A DNA stretch of 64,000 nt from Pachysolen tannophilus NRRL Y-2460. Lineage: Eukaryota. The notes beneath the pieces are model-generated. The model was not told where the DNA came from and did no database searches. It saw only the letters and a list, made by a program, of their open reading frames with translations. The position numbers and the translations under genes are program-made. Location: positions 1,600,418-1,664,417 of the forward strand of contig KV454012.1 in NCBI GenBank assembly GCA_001661245.1. The letters run 5' to 3'. Positions 57,590 through 64,000 of this stretch are shown piece after piece. Position 1 is the stretch's first letter. Each line of letters begins with the position of its first letter.

Positions 57590-60109
57590 TCAAATTAACA
57601 AGTACTCGATATCAGCTACTTGAATAGGTTCTAAGTCATTTTGTAAAAGTTCATTTAGTTTTGTTTGGACCTTCTCAACATCTATTGTCTTTTGAAAATT
57701 TTTAATAAAATCAACACAGCTTTTAGCCAATTCGAATTTATCTTCGTTTCCATTATTAATAATATTATCAATACAATATTTAATTATTTCCTTATCGTCT
57801 TGATCGTCTTTATTTAAAAATTGAAAATTTTTATAAAAAGATAATTCAACTAATTTCAATAATTTGTCATTTTCCTGTATCAACTTATTAAATTTAAATA
57901 TTTTGAATTGTAATAATAATGAATAAAAAATCGAATTTTTAGTTTTTCCTAATTTATGCAAATTATTTAAAGCCAAAATATATTTGTTCAAATAATTGTT
58001 TACCTTAACATTTAATGTTAAAATTATTTTAAAATTGGTAAATTTTTCTGAAAATTTAAAATAACTATTAAAATCTTCAATTGGTCTTTTGGTATTAATA
58101 AGATTTTCCCCTAATGGATCACTATCATTATTATATGAGTTAACTCTTATAATTAATTCTTCTCTTTTCTTAAAATCCAGCTTATTTTTCTTATTTTTCT
58201 GCTTCTTATTTTCCAATTTTTTAGTATCTTCAGAATCACCATTCATGGTAGATGATGAGAGAATATCATCTTCAATTTCAAAATAAATTTTGGATAAACC
58301 TTCTAACATTCTTAAATAAATTGGGTGCCTGTATAAATCATCTGCCCATTTTATCATTCTAACATATGATCTTGGAGTTCCCTTTCTCATGCAATACGAG
58401 TGGAAATCAAATTGATCACTTTCAAAATCTTGGAAAATCTTGAAAATTGCATTGAAACGCTTTAACGCTAAAGATCTATTTATCGAAATCTCCCAATCCA
58501 GCTGTTTCTTTAAAGATTCATCAACTTCAGAGTCTGGAAGAGATAGTATCTTTTTATTTTTCAAATAAAGCTTATAATATGATTCTGCACTTTCAATGAT
58601 AAACCAACAACATTGCATAATATGCAAATCTTTAAGTCCGTTAGGTGCATCTTTATCCATCTTGGTGAATAATGTTATAGTATTAACAGCTTCATCTATT
58701 AATCCAGCTCTGACGTAGTACTTCGTTGTCTTAGTATTAATGAATCTGTCTTGTAAATCCAATAATCTGGCTTCATTCATTACTTTAGAAGCTTCAAGCA
58801 ATTTGTCTTGGTGTTTTAAAATACGCGCTTTCAACAGATATAGTTCAACCAATGTCGGTGTGTGTTCAATGGCTTCATCAACAAATTGTATTGCTTTGGT
58901 AAAATTTTTTAAATACAAATAATGTTGACTCAAATAATACAATGTCCAACAATAAGTTAATGGAGAGTTTTCATCCTTTTTCTCAACTTGTTCTTTTAAG
59001 AAATTCAAAACAATTTTTTCAATTAACTCAATTTTAAAAGTTTTCTTATAAAGAGGTTTTAAATTGATAAAAATTGATGGAACATTTCTTTTCAATTTTT
59101 CAATGATATAATCTGATAAACGTTCATTCAATAACTCTTTATCATTTTCATTCAAAAACATTAAAGGAATAAACTTAACAGGATCCGATCTAGCATAAAA
59201 AGTCAGCAATTTGGAATACAATTTCAACCTTAATTGCAAGTCAGTTCTTGGAATTTCCAAAGAATCTTCTAACATATAATAATATTTTTTATTATCAGGA
59301 TTTATTTTTAATAAATTTCTTGCCACCAAGCTAGCTTCTTTCTTTGAGTCAGGCAATTTCATTAAATATTGGAACTTCAATTCCAAAAAAGCTCTTTTAT
59401 CCAATATTTTTGCTTCTGAATCAAGTAAAGTTTGATATCCTTTAGCATAGTCACCACTGTCAAAATATATCAAGTTTTTATAAAGAACACATTCGGAATT
59501 TTCAAAACTATCACTTTCATTCAACTTCCCATCAATCAATTTCTCAATTTTTTCCAAGACTCTAATGGCGGCATCATAATCTTTATTCAAATGGTGTGCC
59601 ACAGCAGCAGCTGTCCAGTTAGCTCTGTACCCAGGCTCATTTTCTAAATATTCTAACCTTGACTTAATCATCCCTCTATAGTCCCTAATCTGTGCTTGCA
59701 TGGTAGCCAATTCTCTCCAAATATTGTTATTATTGGAACCATTTTCCATTGCAAACTCGTACCATCTGCAAGATTCTTTATAATCAGATATATTCCTATA
59801 ATAAATACCAATAAGGTGACAAACTATAGGATTCCTGGAACTCGAATCGGTTTTCTTGGAATCTCCATATTTATTAACAGCCTTCTTAATATACGTCTCA
59901 GCATCTTCCAAATTACCTAAATTATAAAAATTCAAGCCTTTCAATGCTAAACTTTCCAAATTACCTGAATTTTTCTTCAAAATTTGATCCAATATCTTTG
60001 TCGACTTCTTATACTGTTTCTGCTCATACAATTTCAACGCTTCTTTAAATTGATTATCTTCTTTCGAAGCAATTACCGGCTTCCCCGGTACTAACCTTCT
60101 TGATGCCAT
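57590..60109 (-). CDS. NAT1: NatA auxiliary subunit Nat1/Naa15
   Basis: TPR repeats, HTPTLVELY, LDLQDRFIN, DQFDFHSYCMRKGT. Confidence 0.95.
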   Translation of the reverse strand: MASRRLVPGKPVIASKEDNQFKEALKLYEQKQYKKSTKILDQILKKNSGNLESLALKGLNFYNLGNLEDAETYIKKAVNKYGDSKKTDSSSRNPIVCHLIGIYYRNISDYKESCRWYEFAMENGSNNNNIWRELATMQAQIRDYRGMIKSRLEYLENEPGYRANWTAAAVAHHLNKDYDAAIRVLEKIEKLIDGKLNESDSFENSECVLYKNLIYFDSGDYAKGYQTLLDSEAKILDKRAFLELKFQYLMKLPDSKKEASLVARNLLKINPDNKKYYYMLEDSLEIPRTDLQLRLKLYSKLLTFYARSDPVKFIPLMFLNENDKELLNERLSDYIIEKLKRNVPSIFINLKPLYKKTFKIELIEKIVLNFLKEQVEKKDENSPLTYCWTLYYLSQHYLYLKNFTKAIQFVDEAIEHTPTLVELYLLKARILKHQDKLLEASKVMNEARLLDLQDRFINTKTTKYYVRAGLIDEAVNTITLFTKMDKDAPNGLKDLHIMQCCWFIIESAESYYKLYLKNKKILSLPDSEVDESLKKQLDWEISINRSLALKRFNAIFKIFQDFESDQFDFHSYCMRKGTPRSYVRMIKWADDLYRHPIYLRMLEGLSKIYFEIEDDILSSSTMNGDSEDTKKLENKKQKNKKNKLDFKKREELIIRVNSYNNDSDPLGENLINTKRPIEDFNSYFKFSEKFTNFKIILTLNVKVNNYLNKYILALNNLHKLGKTKNSIFYSLLLQFKIFKFNKLIQENDKLLKLVELSFYKNFQFLNKDDQDDKEIIKYCIDNIINNGNEDKFELAKSCVDFIKNFQKTIDVEKVQTKLNELLQNDLEPIQVADIEYLLI

Positions 60110-60486
60110 TTATCTCTCAATAATTACCACAAAGTTTACACAAATAAATTGCTCTATATTATTTACCTTCACCTGATTTTCCAAAAATTTTTGACGTTGA
60201 TTTTTTTTTTTGTTCTTCAAAAGTTGTTAATTGATGTTTTATACCAAAGTGAACTACCATTTTTTTTTTCAGTATGGTTTGAGTCGATACAAGATTAAGA
60301 AGAGATGGGTTAATACCATGGTTGGTAGGGTATATATATGATATAGGATATGATCTGTATGTAACTATCTATATAGATGTATATGTATGAATATTTTTTT
60401 AAGAGATTAGTGAGAAAGAGCCAAATCTAGAGCAAATTAGAAATGGATAAGGTAGATTAAGGTTTTAATTTAAACTGCGTTTTAAT

Positions 60487-62571
60487 TCAAACCGCCCAAG
60501 TACCAATCATTCCATTGGATCTTCCCTCGACCAGATAACCTTCTTTATGTCTAGCGAAATTGATTGTACTTGCTTCGTAATCTGTGTCATCTTTTCTTGA
60601 TTTTCCAGCACCACATTCCCAATGTCTTTCATCAATTCTATCATAGATTTTCATTGTTGTTTCTTGATTTGTACAAATGATTCTTCTGTTATCAAATTGT
60701 AGACTTGTTATCGGACTATCGTATGCAAATGCATCAATTATACCTCCTGTCCTTAAGTCCCACATTCTAATTGATCTATCCGAAGAACCTGTTATCAACT
60801 GCTTATCATCGAATTGTAAGGAAGTCATTGGTCCTGTATGGCCAATTAATTGTCTAATAACTTCACCAGAACGCAAGTCCCATAATCTTACAATTCCATC
60901 AGCTGTCCCCGTGGCCAATGCAGCATCGTAGCATTGTAAAGCTCCTATAAATGAGGCATTATTTGTTTTGAACATGGAAAGATTATTACCAGTATCCAAA
61001 AATTGTGAATGTGTTATATTGCTCTGAGTTGATGCCCAAAGTACATCTATGGTTTGTAAGCAATGACCAGTATTTAAATCCCATTGTCTTATAGTACGGT
61101 CTGATGAACCACTAACTAAATTATTTTTATGGAAATGTAAGGCAGTAACTTCTTCAACATGACTTTCAAAAGAATGTAATAATGTTAAATTTTCTTCTTC
61201 TTCTTCTTCTTCTTCATCATTACCACCACCTAATACATTGAGTTTTGATAAATCCCATAACTTTAACGTGGCATCAAGTGATCCTGTAACAACCAAGTTT
61301 TCCTCCATTTGTAAACATTTTACAGCGGCAAAATGCCCTTCCAATAAACCTGAACATTTACCGCGGCTTAAATCCCAAACTTTTACAGTATTATCTAATG
61401 AAGAAGTAACCATTGTACCAAAGGGCACGTCAAAATCTAGTGAAGTAATTACATCATCATGGGCATGGAAAGATCTAATCTCTGATCCAGGCTCGTAATA
61501 TGTTTGTAACATTGGTTTTGTCTTTCTATTATGTGGTACTGATGCAGAGACATTTCTATAGTTTTTGAGCTTTGGATCTGATTTCAATTTTCCGTAGACA
61601 GATTTTGTCATCAAGTTTGAACTTTCATCTTTTTCAAGTTCATCCTGTTCTTGTTCATCCTTATCTATTAGTTGGAAATCTTCCGAATCAACTCCGGAAT
61701 TTTCATTTTCGTCATTATAACCATTAACATCACCACCTTCACCGTTACCTTCACCGCTGTGGCTACTGCGGTTCCTGCTACCGCTACCGTTACCACTAAT
61801 TCCAGGATCAATATCTTTAATCAAAACCATCCTCGAATCTATCTCATACAACTGATTTTCTAAAAATAATTCGTCCTGTTCAAACTTTCTAACTTTTTCA
61901 AAAATTGATTCTCTCATTAATTGTAAATTCCGAATTTTTTCATCAATTTCATTTATTTCATTTGCTGCCAATCCTTTCCTAATTTCCAACAAGTCTAGTT
62001 TATAGTTTATGCTATCTTTAAACTGCGAAAGCTGTCTTGAATTTTGTGAAATTTTTATCTTATGTGTTGTTATACCTCTAGGTAGTATTGCTGATTCATC
62101 AATTTGATCTGGATTTGATTCTATTAATTTTCCTTCTCTTATTCTCTCGATCCGATCATTAATCTCTGGTAACGTAGCACTAAAACCTTGAAATAATGAA
62201 AACATATCGCCAGTACCATTACTAGTAGTTGAATGACTATTACTAGGAATATCCATCAACAGCTCATCGGATAATTCATCAAAACTTTTCGATCTTCTCT
62301 TTTTTACAAAATATTTCTGCTTTTTTTTCTTATAATTCAAACTTCCTGGTTGCTGATCTTGCCCTAGGTCTGTATGCTTATAAATTAATTGATGAGAATT
62401 ACTATTCTTCAAAGTATTACTGAGGGACTCTTTATAATTCTTATTATTTATCAATATCTCACTTGAACCAAACCCGTTGGGTGAACTAACTATAGCAGAT
62501 GCAGTCGTTGCAACAGCTTTAGAAAAATTCAACAAATCATTGCTATTATTTGAATGATTCGTATATGACAT
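60487..62571 (-). CDS. MDV1: Mitochondrial fission adaptor Mdv1/Caf4 (coiled coil plus WD40)
   Basis: FSLFQGFSA, coiled coil, LDFDVPFGTM and WD repeats. Confidence 0.9.
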   Translation of the reverse strand: MSYTNHSNNSNDLLNFSKAVATTASAIVSSPNGFGSSEILINNKNYKESLSNTLKNSNSHQLIYKHTDLGQDQQPGSLNYKKKKQKYFVKKRRSKSFDELSDELLMDIPSNSHSTTSNGTGDMFSLFQGFSATLPEINDRIERIREGKLIESNPDQIDESAILPRGITTHKIKISQNSRQLSQFKDSINYKLDLLEIRKGLAANEINEIDEKIRNLQLMRESIFEKVRKFEQDELFLENQLYEIDSRMVLIKDIDPGISGNGSGSRNRSSHSGEGNGEGGDVNGYNDENENSGVDSEDFQLIDKDEQEQDELEKDESSNLMTKSVYGKLKSDPKLKNYRNVSASVPHNRKTKPMLQTYYEPGSEIRSFHAHDDVITSLDFDVPFGTMVTSSLDNTVKVWDLSRGKCSGLLEGHFAAVKCLQMEENLVVTGSLDATLKLWDLSKLNVLGGGNDEEEEEEEENLTLLHSFESHVEEVTALHFHKNNLVSGSSDRTIRQWDLNTGHCLQTIDVLWASTQSNITHSQFLDTGNNLSMFKTNNASFIGALQCYDAALATGTADGIVRLWDLRSGEVIRQLIGHTGPMTSLQFDDKQLITGSSDRSIRMWDLRTGGIIDAFAYDSPITSLQFDNRRIICTNQETTMKIYDRIDERHWECGAGKSRKDDTDYEASTINFARHKEGYLVEGRSNGMIGTWAV

Positions 62572-63131
62572 CTTCACTTCCCTATCTTTATGAATAAATG
62601 CTATCAACTCAGCTAACTACTCCAAATTTAATGTATATTCTTTATAAAAAGGAAAAAATCTTCTTTACTCCTAGTTGAAACCTTTCAAAAACAATTTAAA
62701 GCAAAAACAGAATTAAACAAATTAATGAAAAATAACGCCACTAGCAACTGCCAAATATGAAAGATCAATCGGAGTAAAAGATAACTGATATTCAAATATA
62801 ACTTCTTCTATGATTATAATCAAAAACCTTTAATGGAGAACTTTTGGCTTACTGCAATACTGCTTCTGATTGGTGATCGGGAAATTCTTAAGGTCCTGCA
62901 GCCCTTGAAGTGGCCTTTGAAATGGAGGGGACTCGGGCAAACTACAAAGATGAGCTTGATTCTATTGATAGCAAGACTAGATGAAGAGAAGAGAATTAAA
63001 TGGAAACAGTAGAGATTAGATTAAATGATATTAAAATTATGTGGTATATATATATATATATATATATAAAATAAAAAAAAGGGAAAAGAAATGGCTAAAA
63101 ATGAGAAACTCGTTGGAGAAAACTCGTTTGG

Positions 63132-64000
63132 TTAAACTCGTGGCGGACCTTTCCTTAAAATATCCATGATATCTTCTTCTTCTTCTTGAGAATCTTCTTC
63201 GACAAATGGATCATGGATGCTATTAGCGTGAGATTGACGTTTTGTAGAATGATAACCGAACCCATGGCCATGGCCACCATTACTGGATTTCTCATTTGTG
63301 TTTGGATTTGTATTATCGTGATTCATATCAAATAATGATGATCTTCTGTTGCTACTACTACTTTGACTTCCAGTATTTAAACCTAATGCTAATGACAAGG
63401 ACTTACCAAAATGTGAAGTTGATATACTACTTCCGCTGACTCCACTTGTACGTCTAAAATTTGGGGAATAATTGGCATTAATTTCTTGTTTTGTTTCTAG
63501 ATTGTTTCCATTTGATTCAATGTCTGAATCACCTTGTAATTCATTCGGTATCTTAGGATTTGTAGGAGAAACTGGATCATGTGGATCATGTGGACTTGCA
63601 GGAGAAGCTTCGTTGATATCAGAAAGCAGTTTATGCATTGGTTCTTGAAATGCAAAATTTTTCAAAAAAACAGTTTCTTGCTTTTCAGCTATTCCAGTAT
63701 TATCTTTATTTGTAGAGGATCCATCCTTTATAGAATTTTTTTCAGATTTGGAACTCAAATCACTTTGAATTGATTTTTTTCTAGAGTCCCATATATTATT
63801 ATTAGTAGTAACATCGGTATTTGTAGAAGATCTTTTTTCTTCGCTACCAGTTGTGAAACCAGTAATCCAACTAAGTTTAGATGATTTTCTTCTTCGCCCA
63901 TCAGACATTGATACATCCATAAATTCTAAAGGTTTTATAGCCGAAGACTGAGGTGTTCCATAAAAAGCAGTTCGATATGAATTATCTCTTGGTGTTACAA
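63132..64000 (-). CDS. Uncharacterised Ser-rich protein, probably the 3' part of a gene starting beyond the right edge
   Basis: The 262-aa ORF's frame stays open upstream of ATG 63920 to the window end (VTPRDNSYRTAFYG...). Confidence 0.75.
   Translation of the reverse strand, partial: VTPRDNSYRTAFYGTPQSSAIKPLEFMDVSMSDGRRRKSSKLSWITGFTTGSEEKRSSTNTDVTTNNNIWDSRKKSIQSDLSSKSEKNSIKDGSSTNKDNTGIAEKQETVFLKNFAFQEPMHKLLSDINEASPASPHDPHDPVSPTNPKIPNELQGDSDIESNGNNLETKQEINANYSPNFRRTSGVSGSSISTSHFGKSLSLALGLNTGSQSSSSNRRSSLFDMNHDNTNPNTNEKSSNGGHGHGFGYHSTKRQSHANSIHDPFVEEDSQEEEEDIMDILRKGPPRV

Overview
AT-rich, gene-dense chromosomal window from a budding yeast (Saccharomycotina) with about 30 housekeeping genes, five spliceosomal introns and one 418-N assembly gap. 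I see no tRNA, rRNA, transposon or CRISPR. Gene neighbours match S. cerevisiae clusters as I recall them: MAK32-MAK31-HTL1, ITC1-SNT2-RSM23-CEG1, CBP3-LEA1, RIB2/NUF2/SDH5/RTG1/INP54 with FAD1/PRP11/MRP10/SIR2/NAT1, CCT7-SPC34-KAE1-MDV1, and RPL24-RPL30. Main observations: (1) a blunt 1098-bp inversion (17020-18117) splits both OLA1 and SCO1; (2) Itc1 carries an in-frame domain resembling the Dbf4 N-motif/BRCT; (3) CTG codons fall at Ala or small-residue positions, suggesting the CUG-Ala code (Pachysolen-like); (4) a long Htl1-like protein sits at the HTL1 syntenic position; (5) four or five genes each lack one base in a homopolymer run; (6) Mcm1-type site clusters lie upstream of two kinetochore genes; (7) the RPL30 autoregulatory kink-turn is conserved. 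All homology calls come from my recognition of the translated sequence, not from database searches.
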